From: Amphiscolops sp. MND2022
Taxonomy: Eukaryota
Reading direction: 5' to 3'
Length of the DNA stretch: 64,000 nucleotides
NCBI GenBank assembly: GCA_964187785.1
Contig: OZ076409.1
Location: 85,872,001 to 85,936,000, forward strand
Shown here one piece after another: positions 27,233 to 41,014 of this stretch. Both the position numbers and the translations under genes were made by a program. Each line of letters starts with the position of its first letter. The first letter of the stretch is position 1. Under the pieces are notes generated by a model. The model was not told where the DNA came from. It saw only the letters and a program-made list of their open reading frames with translations, and made no database searches.

Positions 27233-30213
27233 ATGCAAGCAACCGAGACAAAAAAGCAACCTAATTTGCACGAACCCGAAGCTGCTCTAGCCTGGATAGA
27301 CGCATTCAAAGCGCGATGTCGGGCCGAAAAGAAAGCAGATGTACCGGCAGCTGGAACAACACCGGCCGATTTACAAGTAACGGATCAATTTCTTTTCCGT
27401 TGCGGTGTGGAAAGTCTTATGAAGGTCAAGTCGCTTGTTGCACCGACAAAAGTGGAAACAATGGCTTTCAATGAAATTGAAACGGTACTGGAAAATTACC
27501 TGCAGCCTAGAAAAAGACTTGTTATTGCCGAACAAACAAAATTCGTGGCTATTACCCAGAGGAATGGAGAATCATCGGGAGATTTTCTGGCACGTCTGAA
27601 GGAAGCAGCACGATATTGTGAGTTCGGTAATTTGAAAACTATCGCTGATCCCGAAGCTTACATGATACGGTTACGTTTTTTTGCTGGATTACAAAATTCC
27701 GAACACAAATTAAAAGTGTTGGAACATCTTCAACAAAACCCAGACGCTACAATAGACGACATTTTGTTGGTTATTCAGCAGCGTGAACAAACCGTACAAT
27801 TCGTGAACAAACAGAACGAACCGAATGAAACAGTTTCAATTGCGCGGAACGGTCAATTACGAAAGAAGACAACCGGAAATGGCAAAATTTCAACCGGCAT
27901 CCACCACAAAGCCAAAGAATGTCCAAAATGCGGAACGAGGCATGAACCAAGGAGTTGTCCGGCCTTCGGCAAAACATGCAACAACTGCAAGAAGCCGAAC
28001 CATTTCGCAAAAGTGTGTCGGGTGAAGAAACAAACAAACCATTTTGTTGGAAAAGAAGCCAATATCGAAGAAAACAATGGCAGTAACTCCGATTATTCGT
28101 ATTTTATTGGGCATACCGACTATATCAAGAATGGTACAATGGAGAAAATCAAAGTGAACGGTAAAGAAATACCAATGATGAAAGACACTGGAGCATCACT
28201 GACGCTGATTTCAAAGAAGCTGTGGAAGCAACTTGGGTAACCGAAACTTGAAGAAAAGAACACCGGAATTGAAACATATGACAAGCATAAAATGAAATAT
28301 CTCGGTGCTTTCTTTTCGACGGTGCTTTATAATAACAAACAAATAAATCTAAATATTGCTGTTGTTGATGCTGATAGAAACTTTGGTTTATTGGGACGTG
28401 ATATATTGAATAATTGCAAAGAGTCCATCGAACGGTGCTTCAAAGCAGAAGTATCCGAAAAGTTACCAACAGTGAAAGGTGCTAAAGCTTCCATTAAATT
28501 GAAACCCGATGCTAAACCAATGTTTTGCGCGGCACGGAAAGTACCGTTGCCACTTGAACGGAAAGTCAATAAAACCATTGATGAATTACTGTTGTTGGGA
28601 ATTCTTGAACCGGTTGAAGCCGGTGGTGTAGATAATTGTTCCCCGGTTGTGTGGGTGAAAAAAGGTGATAAACTACGAATGTGTGCTGACTATAAAGTAC
28701 ATGTAAATGATAAAATTAGTACCGAAGCCTACCCCCTCCCTTGTATTGAAACCATTTTCTCAAAAGTGTCAGGCGCTAAATTCTTTGCGAAACTTGATCT
28801 ATCTAATGCTTATTGGCAAATTCCACTTGATGAAAAATCGCAATATGTGTGTACAGTGAATACAACCCGAGGCCTATTTCGAGTCACCCGGTTACAACAA
28901 GGATTGAAAAATGCAGCGGCGATTTTCCAGCAAGCTATCGAAGAAGTGCTCAAAGGACTGGATGGTTGCGTCGCATATCAAGACGATATCTTGTTGTTCG
29001 GTGTAACCGAGGCCGAACTCCGGAAAAGATACAATGCGGTCAAAGAACGGCTGGCAGCAAAGAACTTCACCGTGAATGAAGACAAGTGCGTATCATTCTC
29101 GACAACGTTATCCTTTTTGGGCTATGAAATTTCATCGGAAGGAGTAAAGCCGGAACAGAAGCACGTTCAAAAACTTCTTCAACTGCAGCCACCGAAGGAT
29201 GTCAAAGAAGTTGAAGCTTTTATCGGACTTATCAACTACTTTGGGCGAATGATTCCAAACTATGCAGCCAAGACGCGGTTTGGAATTTATGGCCGTTTAT
29301 GGACAACGATATCGAACAATTTGTCAAAAACTGTCCCGAATGCAGCAAAAACCGACCGAGACTGATTGATTCTACCGACAAATGGGAAGAATGCGCTCCA
29401 TGGGAAAGACTGCATATGGACTGGCTTTATGAAGCAGAACACGGTAACATTCTGATCATTGCTGATGCTGGGTCCGGTTGGCTGGAAGCTTTCCCGTGCA
29501 CGGACCGATCAACGCGGAACGTGGTCAGATGTCTCCGAACAATCTTTTCTCGGTTTGGAATACCATATACGGTTGTGTCCGATAACGGAAAGGAATTTGT
29601 ATCCAAAGACCTTAAAGATTGGTTGGCAGCACAAGGATGCAAAAAGATTGACACACCTTTGTATTCACCGAGAAGCAATGGACTTGCCGAGAGAGCTGTT
29701 CAAACATTGAAAAGAAGCCTGAAATTTTACAATAAAGACATTGGATGTTCATTGACTACTTATATTGATAAAATTTTGTTCAGTCATCGAAATTCTTCAA
29801 ATGCTAGAGGTGACACTCCTGCCAAATTACTACTTGGAAAAAACTTGAGAAACCCTGTTGTTGGATTTTATGAAGTTGGTGAAAAAGTGCTGTACAAACC
29901 CACTTCAAACCATGAGCCGAAAGAATTGACTTACATTATCCGGAAAGGACGAAACACGGCTTGGCTTCATGACAACAACCGAACAATTTTGGCTAGTGAC
30001 GGACAAATCGCACCACTACCATCATCAAGCGTTGTGAAAGCGGAACCTCAGCCGAACATTGGACAAGATGTTATTCAAGATCCAGTCACCCCGAAGACTA
30101 GTAACGCTGATAACTTAAGTCCGGTGCTGACCGAAGAACATACCGCAGTAACCAATGATAGACCGAAACGACTACGAACCCAAACCCAGAAGTATCAAGC
30201 AGGATTCGCATGA
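27233..30213 (+). pseudogene. gag-pol: gag, two CCHC knuckles, protease, RT and integrase; RNase H missing
   Basis: CPKCGTRHEPRSCPAFGKTCNNCKKPNHFAKVC; KDTGAS; in-frame TAA at 28238-28240; YQDD. RT thumb (YAAKTR) is joined near 29280, out of frame, to integrase WPFMDNDIEQFVKNC..C and SDNG...SNGLAER. Confidence 0.92.
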
Positions 30214-30231
30214 ATCAACTAAAAGAGGGGA

Positions 30232-30541
30232 TGTGGTGACGTCATCGTCACTTGTTGTTATTCGGTAAACATCTACCGTTCGTTACCGAAGAAGCTACTT
30301 CAATTTCATTGGCTCCGAGATTCGGTTATATAACACCGAAGAATGGAAACTTTCAATATGCGTTACCGATGAACGGTGAAAGAACTCAAATAAACTCTTA
30401 CATAATAGACTTGTATTTTAACTGGTGTCAACTATTAATTTGAATATTATTTTACTGTATTGTACGGACGATAATGAAATAAAACGAGAACCTGAATTGA
30501 ACTGAGTTTAAAACAAAATCTTTTCAAACCACTTTACGACA
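30232..30541 (+). repeat. 3' LTR
   Basis: Direct repeat of 26789-27098. Confidence 0.96.
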
Positions 30542-32771
30542 CTTTTTAAACGTAGCCTACAAAACCGGATGAGTGTAAAGGGTCCCTTCTTTTGGTTTTA
30601 TCGGCACTGTGCGACTTTTTCTCATTTTTTTTTGTCTCCAAGCCCCCCCCATTTTGTTTGAGCCTTAGATATAGCGCCGACTTGAGACATTCCCGTCTGG
30701 TTTTTCATTTTCATCGAGATTTGATATAAGGTTTTAAAAATTTCGCGCTTCAAAAGCGAAACTCGCTATTGGAAGTTGTTGTTTTTCATATACAAAAAAA
30801 GAGAAGATGCGAATGCAAACGACATGAAGTATGACATCCAAAATGTTGTCGTTGCTTTCACCTCCGAACATTTGCAAAGGGAGATTTTTTTAGGTTCAAA
30901 AGTACTTTTCTCAACTGAAAGAATCTCGAAAACACGAAAGTGTTTTTCAAATATTTTTGTTCAAAAAACTCCAGTACCGAAATTATCCAAAAGCGTAATC
31001 AATTAGGCTCTAAAAACGCGTTTTCAAAAAGGAAGACATCAGAAAAACCGAAGCAGCGAACCTCTTCTGAGAAGAAAAAATATATATATCCTCATTACAC
31101 TGTGCATCAACACACTGAACTATCTGACTAGAATACGACTCGCTCTCGTTTTACGGAAACACACTTTACACTTGATGATAAAATCGACTTTTGCGGCATA
31201 TGTATCGATGATATGTCATTTACACCCGAACTCGGATAATGGAAAATCGAAAAGTGGTGGAAGAAAGATCTCTACATTAATAGTTTCTTTTACCAGTTGG
31301 CTTTATTTGCTTGATTTTAGAAGAAATGTCTGACTTCAATTACCTATATTCATATAACCGTGTTTCTTTTTCCCTACCATTATGTCGACATCGTTGTGTT
31401 GAAATTTTGGTCCTTTAAAACAATTGATGTCGACATAATCCTATCTTTTACATTGATGAACAGTTAAAAGTATTCTATGGCGGAGAAAATTTGCTTTGAA
31501 AAAAAGTCCTTTGATTCTTTGGACAATAGTGTCAAAAATTCGGGTCATTTTTTGCTGGAAGTGTCAAACAGCTGTAGAGGCAACCCTCTAAGCATTTGTA
31601 ATTATATAAAAATCTCATGCGTGAAATGTTTTTTTTTTCGTGAAAAAAATGCGGTTTAGTGTTTTTTAAGGGGGGAGGGTGTAAATCCGAAACAAGATGT
31701 TCCAATGGGGGAAATAAGAGACATTGTTCGATTAATCAGTGATGTCTGGTTTGTTCGGGTTTTCTCCAACGCCTGTCAAATGGCTGTCAATTCATCAAAC
31801 CCTTCATGATAAAAAATTGTTCAGGGTATCTCACTTCTTCAGATGAGATTTGAAGAGTCTTTTGTGGGTCGCTCTTCGCCTTGGTCATTAATTTCAATAT
31901 GTGGACATTTTCATTTTCATCAACGTGTATTTCATCCCTAATTTCTTCGCCAGTGGCAATATACTTTGTCACCACAAAGTTAACTATAAGTAAGTGTTTT
32001 CTTCATCACAAAAGGTAATACCTCTTTTCGAATCATTTTGTCGAAGTTGATTTGTGAATCAACTCAATTTGTTGCAATTTGGGATATAAATTGTGAGTGC
32101 CAAAAACAGCGCAAAAAAACATTGCTTCGCAAACCTGTCAGCTGAATCAACTGTCGAAAATCCACCGAAGTATTAAGAAATTGAACAAAAAAGGCATCGA
32201 AGTGTCAAAAAATGAAGGAACAAAAGCAGTTTTTTGCTATGTTTGTGGATAGCGAGGCTTTTCTTAATAATAAACCGCTGGCATCTCAAAAGATCTCCTA
32301 AAACAATAAATGTGTTGTTTGATAGAGTTTAAATAGAGTTTGAAATAGAGAGACACATGGTGGAAAATCTTTACTTCAAGGTTGAAATTCATATCATGAA
32401 CTTTTAAAAAAACACAAAACAAGTTTACAACCTGGTAAAATACTTCAAATGGCTTTCATCAAAAAGTGTGTCGTTCCTTAAAAAAGATCATGATTGAAAA
32501 CAAAACATGTTAAGGTACAAAGTTATGGTACAATTTTTTCTTCCTGTAAGATTTCTTTCAAACTGAGCATGAGTTGAACGATTAAAAAAAACATTACTGG
32601 AACGTTTTACCCGACAGAATGAGCGAAAATTTCCAGCGCTATCAAGTAAACGTAACATAAAATTGCTTACCGACTGGGTTTAAACAGGTGTTGCAACCAA
32701 AGCTGTGGAGCCCTTAATACCTCTTCACAGCAGAAAGTGTCTAACAAAATCTTAAGAATCAATGTTCATCC

Positions 32772-33370
32772 AAACAAGCCGGGAACGGCCAAAGTCGGCG
32801 CCATATCTAAGGCTCAAAATTTAAAAGGGGGACCCTTCGGGCTTTGTGAAACTCCAGCTGGTTGCAAAAAATTTTAAAAAAATTGAAGGGGGGACCCTTT
32901 GGAGACATGAAAAATTTTCCGAAAAATTTTTTTAATGAGATTTTTGAACAGTGTCACAGTGCCGAAAAATGTAAAAGGGGGGACCCTTTGCAATTTTTTG
33001 ACATCCATTGTGTTGCAAAACATCAAAAAAAATTGAAGGGGGGACCCTTTGGGGAAAAAATTTCAATCCAAAAAGTTTCAAAAAGTCGCACAGTTCCGAA
33101 AAAAAGTGGGGATTCTTAGTGTGATTTCGAGGTTGTGGACGTCTGTTTTGTTTTTTCTTTTCGTTTTGGACGCTTCTGAGGTTGGAGTTGTTGAGGTTTG
33201 AAGTTGTGGAGGTTGTTGAACAAATGAACAAAAAGTGGACCTTTCCTGTCTAAAAAAAAAAACTACCCACTGTAATAGTCGGGCACATTTTCTACTAAAA
33301 TGCGCCGACTAAAAAAACTACCCACTGTAATAGTCGGGCACATTTTCTACTAAAATGCGCCGACTAAAAA
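32772..33370 (-). mobile_element. Helentron/DINE-1 (HINE)-like element, same family as 26188-30703
   Basis: Subterminal inverted repeats agtcggcgc (32793-32801) / gcgccgact (33357-33365); terminal hairpin gccg-ggaa-cggc; internal gggggaccctt repeats; 55-bp tandem duplication of the hairpin end (33261-33370). Confidence 0.6.
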
Positions 33371-34880
33371 CAGACGTGAGGACTTTCCTTTTAAAAAGGA
33401 GGCGGTTTCCCATTTTAGAGCTCTGATCCAACGTCCCGACACGTCCCCAAGCACATTAAAAATTTTTCCTGGAGTTCCTAGATAGTCCTATATACATCTA
33501 AAATAAACGGCCCAACTGGAAAACATCAAATTTATATCTGAATTCTTTAATCTGCCAGATTACTCCATGATCTATTCTAGATATCCTTGTAGCTCCTAAA
33601 AACGATAAATAGAACATGAATCTTTTCTGTATTTGATGTCTTGCGGAAAAGTCCTGCGATTTAGTTCGAAGGCTGTACGAAGTGCACGGCACGGGCGGAA
33701 AATATGATTCGTATGTTTTTCACTGCAAAGGCCTTTTTTCAAGTTTTTGTGGCTAGGCTGGTTGAGGTCACAAATAAGAGCAAAAAGGACGGAATTAGCG
33801 CTGGTCAAAAGTCAGAGTTGAAACCAGACACATCAATTACGTTCATCGAGTACAAACGTTCACAAAAGTCTGGTGTGAAAAACCATCATTATTTCAACAG
33901 TAGCTTTTAAGTTCGTTGTTCAGGATCTGATTTCAATCCGGTAAAAGTATAAAGGAAATATAAGTTTTAAAATGCCGATTTGATTTTAACGTCCTAAATG
34001 TAACAAAACGCACCCCCCCAGTAGAGATTGCTTGAACTTTTTAGATGCTGCGTCAAAACATGCAGGCTAATTTTTTTTACAAAATATGGAAAATTCCGGG
34101 AGCCTGCATGGAACCATTTTGTAGGATTACAATGCAGCCTCCACTATTTGAATTAAAACTGAAAACATTTTCACTTCTTTGTCGCTGCGATCACTTTGTT
34201 TTCACGCGTAAACTTCTCAATCACCGTTAGTCAAAGAGCACGCTGAATAAGACGCTACTTTGAAACTGAAAATGCGACTGAAGTTTATTTGCATTTTAAA
34301 TTTTGTGGTGAAAATCATTGTAAAATTGATGAAGGTCTCAGCTGCTTTCAAAATTAGAACGTCGTCCAAATGAAACATGCAAAACTTTGCAGCACAGAAC
34401 TGCTGTCAAATTTAGGTAGGATGCATCTTAAAGGCAGCTTGATGAAATTAAATCGAATCAGTGAAGTTTTAATGCATGGACCTTTCTTAGAGAATTTTAT
34501 AAAATTATGCAAAATTAGCTTGGTCACCTACAAAACATGTAAAAACTTCAAGCAGTTCCAACCAGGGCAGCTAAGCACACGCATATGTTCCGCAATAAAA
34601 AGTTGAGGCTCAGGTTCGAACCCACAACTTCCTGTGTGCCAACTGTGACTAAAACATCTATACAGTCAAACCTGGTTATAGCGTACCTCATCGGGCGGAT
34701 GACCAAACGTGCGCTATAACGACTTTTTCGTTATAAAGTGGTTTATTGTTTGCCGAAAGGAAACAGCCAAATTAGGTATGGAAAAAATCTAAGATGAAAG
34801 TTTGTGTCTTTCGAGCGGCGGCTTTTGCCGACATTGTGTCAAACAGCTTGTTGACATGTACATTGTCTTCCCCTTCACCT

Positions 34881-35935
34881 TCAAAGAAGCGACGTAAGGT
34901 TGATACTGCGCCCAACGCTTCGGCAATCCATTTCTGGCTCCTGGTCTTCGTTTTCCACTACAAACATCATATTTTCTTCGTAGTCTGGCGATTCTGTTCG
35001 GTTTTCAAATACAAGCTCGCTGGTTGACAGAAAGTCGTCCTCAAAAATAACTCCAATTTCTGGTTGTTGATTCTCATCGTGAGGCTCCTTTATTTCTGAG
35101 AAGCAATCACTGATAAATCCTGCCATGCGAAAACACTTGATAACGGCACGTTGTTCCCAGCACTTTTCACAATAAACATGCAGTCGAGATTAGATATTGC
35201 CTCGTTGTAGATCCCGCTATCAAGTGCCGCCTCATGCCGTCTGTTGACTTCGTTTTTGAAATATTCTTTGAGACACTTTATAATCCCCATGTCCATCGTC
35301 TGAACTTTGGATGTTGTATATAGCGGGAAAAATTTGTTTTCCACATTGGAAATTTCTAATCAAGGATGTGCAGAACAATTTACCAGAAATAGCAAAACTG
35401 TTCTCTTTTCTATTTTCATTTTATTTTCATTATAGGGTCGGTAAGACTCAATGAGATTATGCAAGACTGCGCACTATTCGTAAACAATTTCAGGAGAAAC
35501 TTCGCCAGCTTGTCCATTTATTGTTTTGAATTTAAGTCCGTATCGATTCTTCAATCCGTCCAGAAACCCATGACTTGCAGTAAACTCCTCACGCGCGCCC
35601 AGCTGCTCTGCAGTATCTGCCGCTTTCTGCAAAATTATATCTCCGGAAATTTCGATGTTGTTTGACCGCATTCGTAAGAACGACTGATAAAGCTGCTCGT
35701 CTGTTTCAGAAAACGCGCTTTTTCGCATTCGCTTACGCTCGGGTACAGCCGATTTCTTGTAGTTTTCAATTACTTCGTACTTTTTCCCCAAAATGGTGTT
35801 TAATGTTGATAAACATTTGAGATTGAACTGTCTGCATATTGGAGATTTTGCGCCAAAGTTGACTTTCATTGCCTCACAAGCTTTGATGATTTTGTACTTA
35901 TCTTCAATTGTTTGGTACACACGCTTGTTCTCCAT
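34881..35935 (-). pseudogene. CENP-B/Tigger-type transposase remnant (HTH domains intact, DDE largely deleted)
   Basis: KRVYQTIEDKYKII; RKRMRKSAF...ISGDIILQKA...FTASHGFLDGLKNRY; downstream fragment PLYTTSKVQTMDMGII. Confidence 0.88.
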
Positions 35936-36198
35936 TGCATGTAACTCAAAAGTGTACGTGGGAAAACGTTTCTCAAAAATTATACTTCCATCTCACTATT
36001 GTTTCTAAAAAAAGCAAAATTTAGTTTTAACTATTACGTTATATCCAGGTATTTTTACAAGTAAAAGATCATAAATGTGTCGACAAAACATTGTGCAGTA
36101 AAGAGGTTATGTTACATCCAGGTTACGCAATATCCAGGTAGATTTAGTCCTATGCCAGATCGGGACCGGGGTACAATTTATGCTATATAGACGTATAT

Positions 36199-38642
36199 CC
36201 CGTGTCGACCCTCCATGGATATCTTAGTAAGATCTTGGCAAGATCTTGCCAAGATCTTGGAAAAATCTTAGCTAAGATCTTGCCAAGATATTGGCAAGAA
36301 TTGTCAGATGTCATGGTATGATCTTATTAAGAGAGCCATGTTCCCAAGAAAACTTTCATTGTGAAACCCTATTTGGAAAGAAAAAAATCTGAAAGGAAGT
36401 ATACAAAAGTCAACATTTCTGCAGATTTATATTGTTAGACATTAAAACTTCTGTTAGCAATGTATAAAATTTGGTTGAAGAGATATTTATTTAGGAAGGC
36501 TGGTTATATTGTTCTTTCAGTTGCAAAACTATCGCCAACAACGGCGTCAAAAAAACCTTGAACTGAATCATTACCCAAATTAGTGCAATGACCGCCGTTT
36601 CTATCAGAAATAAGTCTGTTGAAACAGGCTAACAGAAAGCTCTGGGAAAATGATTTTTACAAAAATTTCGGATTTTAAGGTGTTTCCTTTGAAACTTTCC
36701 GATAGTGGGTATGGACGTTTGAGAGCATATTTCTCCGTTTCTGGAATCGACAGGAGTGATAAATTACAAGTTAAGGAAAGCTCTTGAAATGACCTTTCAT
36801 TTGGTGTCACAGCCGAGAGCATGTGCTGGATCCGGGGTGCAGCGTTGACGGCAAATGCTTCAAACCGTCTACTGTCCCCCATTCAAAAACTTGTCTACAC
36901 GTAAAACTCATGTTGTGTTAATTTATTTGTGATGTTTTAACACCAGTTGTGTTAAGTTTTATTTGCTATTAGTGCTATGTAAATACCCATACTACTGTTG
37001 ATTTAAATACAAACACGCACATGGTACTAGTTGTCGATTCACCTTATGCCTAATGTTACCTTGTTCAGTTGTTTGTGAAATGAATAAATTATGCGGCAGT
37101 ATAATACTGTTATGCATAATAGCATGTGACTTGCAACTGGAAGTATTGATTCTGAATAAAGTTTGCAGCATAATGCAGTATAATTTCATTCCTTTGAAAT
37201 TTAGAACATGACCTTCGAAGATATGACTCATTCGTATTCACACTTAGTTACTTCGGTACCGTGCTAGTATAGAGTCAAATGAATCATGATGTAGTATTCA
37301 CTTTTTATCAGTGCTCAAGGTGATCTATACGTGACCAATCAGAATGAAGTATATGACGTCATGCAAGATGCTATTAATAGATAATTGTGTCATGTAAGAA
37401 TCGATTTATATAATTTTGGAAAATAACGGAGTGCTATTTTTAGCCATTACTCAATAATGATGTAACGATGATTCGTTAAAAAGTGCTTGTCATGCTGCTA
37501 AATTTAGCCCAAATCAAAAAGGAGAGTAAGAACTCGAAATTAATCATTCAACAGAAAATTTTCAGACTGATCAGACCTCTCTTTTCATTCTCACAACCTT
37601 TGTCTCAACTTTGATGACTTAGCATTATGCGCATTTTCTTCAATTTTATTTCAACCCAATTTTACTTTGCTCATCCTTCTAATTAAAATTCTTCTCACCA
37701 AAACAGCATTTTAACCTGACAAAAATGGGTAACAAGAGAAATAGAAGATCTAGACGAGGACAATCACCCTCACTTGAGAGAGAGTTGAGCACATCCGAAA
37801 TAGAAACATCACAAGGTAATGAAACTGTTATCGAAACTTTAGGTAACTTTGAAAATGTTAGTTGAGTAAGGGAAGAAGAAATAGCTATAGACAGTGGAAC
37901 ACAAAACGAAATTGAAATGCAAATTTGGACCCAAAGAATATCGAATAAAACGAACAAAGAAGTAGCAAATTTAAGGAAAGAAATGGATGAGAAACTAGAA
38001 AAAATACTGATAGAGATGAAAAATAACAGAAGGACACAATCCGTACCGAACAGACGATATCGAGAACAAAACACCCCCAGAGCAGGAACTTCAAAATACG
38101 CAAGTAATGAGGACGGTGAAGAAAACGCATCTGAGCTAGAAAATCAAAAATGTGAAATACAGGATGATCCTTTCAGGCCATCTAGTTTAAACGAACTTAG
38201 AACACCAATACAACCTGTGAGCATACAAAACATTGATCTAAATGACTCTGTGGTCATAAATGAGGACCGCACAGGAGAGGATTATCACATTTGGTACATT
38301 CGCATTTCTCAGTCTTAAACAGGTGAGGACTTATCACGCACTTTTGCATGCAAGATTTTTCAGCAGGTTTAAGCATTTTGATAACGAAAACGAGTAGAAA
38401 TAGTCGTTGTTGGGTGAAATGAACCTTTAGATTGAGTCTCATCTGCTTGTACCGAAGGTACAGTGTTTTTTATAATCTTAGACTTTTGTCCATCGTGAAA
38501 AGTTACGATCTTGGAATAAGTATTATCTTAGTAAGATCTTAATAAGAATCTTGCCATGGGATCCATGGTTGCCAAGATGTAGTAAGAATTTGGCAAGATC
38601 TTGCCAAAACAGCCAAGATGCTAGTAAGAGGGTCAACCCGGG
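36199..38642. mobile_element. Non-autonomous CCC...GGG DNA element with aagatctt subterminal repeats
   Basis: at|cccgtgtcgaccctc ... gagggtcaacccggg|at TIRs; caagatcttg arrays at both ends. Confidence 0.7.
36805..38289 (+). mobile_element. Solo LTR (1485 bp) with the same architecture as the 45013-61320 LTRs
   Basis: TG...CA ends with TSD TTTGG on both sides. It starts tgtcacagccg (reads SQPRAC, compare SQAAAC). It contains a gag-leader frame MGNKRNRRSRR...GEDYH ending exactly at the LTR end. Confidence 0.8.
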
Positions 38643-41014
38643 ATGCTATAACCGGGGTGCGCTGTATCCAAGTTCGACTGTATACCTAATTGAGTATTAA
38701 AGTTGAGAGTAGGCAGAATTTTTAAAAACACGCTACCACAGATGGATTTCCTCCCCCAATTTGATTTTATTTGAAATGCATGGCTAACGACAGGTGATTT
38801 TCTCAAACTATTAGATGTACTGTCGGACATATAAACTTTTCTCACAAGTTCAGTGAGAATAGTGAATAAAAGTACTTTTGTTGTGTCTATAATCTAATCA
38901 TGCTGTGGTTACCCATGATAGTCTGGCAAATCTTTATTTGTTGAAGAAAACATGGCAAAAAAATTGAAACACTGGCTATTACTGAGCATATTTTTGCGCT
39001 CTTACGTCACAAACAGAATTTTCAGATAAAAAGAAATGTCGCCGTTTTGAATTACGATCATAAAAACTCATTTAAAACTTGAGACTTAATTAGAAACAAA
39101 GGTTGATTGGAATTGTTCATTTTATAGGTTTAACTAGGAAAAACACGAAGGTTGAACCATTTAGAAGAAGCGGATCAAAGCAAATGGAAAAGCAGCATTT
39201 GATTACAAAGAAGAAACAAAACTAACCAATTTGTGAAATTCTTCTCTTCTGAGGTATCAATCAAAAACTGCTAAACGTCAAGGGATTTGATGGTGTCAAA
39301 AATTTAAGCGGTCAAGTTTTTTAAAATCGATTTTGCCTTTGTGGTCTCAGGAATTAGTAATTGTAGATTTGGGTGCTAATCCAACTGGGAATTCTCTGCT
39401 CGGAAAAGACAATTTAGCTTTCAAGTGAGCGCACTTGTGTATTTCAAACAAGAAGGATCCGTTATAACAGCAAGTATTACTAACCAGAGTTATAAAGCGC
39501 ACGAGAGAGGAACAAATTAATTCGCGAGAGATCAACAGTTAGGAAAATTGAATTTTCCCACAAGAGGTTTTGTCACCGATTTCTCAGCAGAGTTACAAAA
39601 GGTGATAATTTTCGCGCAGTGGGAAGTTCTCTTTTTATATCTTTCAGCTGTCGAATCAAAAAGTATGATAAGAAAAACAAAAATGGAAGCACAAATTTCA
39701 GCCAATGGCACTATTTGACTGGCGACGCAATCACTACATATTTTTTGTTTTGAGTGACTTTTTCCATTTACCCAAAATCATTCATTTTTCTTAGGATATT
39801 TTCAAGACAAAGATGATATTTTATTTGAACATCCAAGTAAAATTTCAATCTACGCTGATGAAGTTAATCAGAAAAAAACGCTAAAGCTTAAAAGCTGAGA
39901 GGTGTTTATCGCCAAAGAAGCCTTGGATATTAGATCACCAAAGATATTAGATTAACTCAAAGGTTACGTAAGTGTTACGCAAGCTTCGAAGGTGTTAATT
40001 CCCACAAGAGGCTTGAAATTGCCACTTGTTTCTCAAGTGAAGTAAACTGCAGAGCAACTTACTTTCATTTCACAAGTAATTTACTTCGCAGATTTTTATG
40101 ACAAAGATTAGATGTTTGAATTGCAAATGAGACATTTTAGACTATAAAGGTCTTTGTTACCACCTGGTTTTCAGAACTCTGTTCAAGAGGAAGCAGAAAT
40201 ACGAAGGAAGATACGAAGATTGTCTACTTGTTATCATTTTCAGAAATCGAAACAGCAACATGGAAGAAATATTACCTGTTGAGTGACCAAAAAGTGACAC
40301 AGCATCGTCTGATTTTCCGAGACAAATTCAATTATATCTATTTTCCGAACATGTAATATTCTCCTAGGGTGAGCATATGAAGATGAATTTAGAACGAAAA
40401 AAGTCACCACATATGAAAAAAATTTATATAAGTATCCGATGAACTTCTGCAGCTCAAATTCTCAGTCAAAAAGCAAGTCTAAAAGAATCGCACTGGATGA
40501 TAAACAAAAAGTTTTAAAATGAGTTAATTCGATTTTGAGCATTCCCAGGTTTACAGGCAAGGGCATTCCATTCATAATTCATCCATGATTCATGGGTTCG
40601 CCATGCCGAGAATCATCCCTTGATCATGGAAAGATACCCATGATACAGCGATGATCATGGATGAAACTCCATGATGCCATGGATGATCATGGATGAATGC
40701 GCAGAAAACGACCGTAATTTACATTTATTTTGGCAAAGTGAAGCTCTTAAACACCACTAAAATAGAGTTTTGATGAACCTAAATTAAAGGGTTCCACGAC
40801 TCAAAAAATGATATATCAAATCGTACCAAAATTTGTTTCATATAAGCACAACGTTAGGAATCTGATTCGGCAAGTTGGCTTTAAAACACATTTTGAAAGT
40901 TTCCCAGTTTTTATATTTTACTTTTTTCCTATATATTCGCAGTAAAGTTTATGGTAAACAAAATTCGCTCCATTTGATCACTCCTGATTGGTGTTTGGTG
41001 AAAAGGAGAAACTA

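Larger units (their letters stand above)
26789..30541 (+). mobile_element. Young Ty3/Gypsy (Mag-like) LTR retrotransposon, internally deleted
   Basis: 310-bp TG...CA LTRs; TSD CTTTT (26784-26788 / 30542-30546); PBS-like TGGTGTC at 27101; PPT aaaagagggga at 30221-30231. Confidence 0.96.
26188..30703 (+). mobile_element. Helentron/DINE-1 (HINE)-like non-autonomous repeat(s), interrupted by a Gypsy insertion
   Basis: 5' hairpin agtcgg...ccgact (twice); internal aagggtccccc repeats; 3' gagccttagatatagcgccgactt at about 26634 and about 30660, the latter followed by a short hairpin and a T-run. Confidence 0.55.
34663..38680 (-). mobile_element. Tigger/pogo (Tc1-mariner superfamily) DNA transposon with nested insertions
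   Basis: TA|cagtcaaacctggttatagcgtacc ... ggtgcgctgtatccaagttcgactg|TA: about 25-bp imperfect TIRs with a TA TSD, enclosing a transposase remnant. Confidence 0.85.

Noticed and set aside
33261..33370. CRISPR-like repeat array
   Set aside because: Two adjacent 55-bp units without spacers, in a eukaryotic TE end; no cas genes.
34560..34650. tRNA gene (ggttcgaacc B-box-like)
   Set aside because: No acceptor stem or convincing A box is visible.
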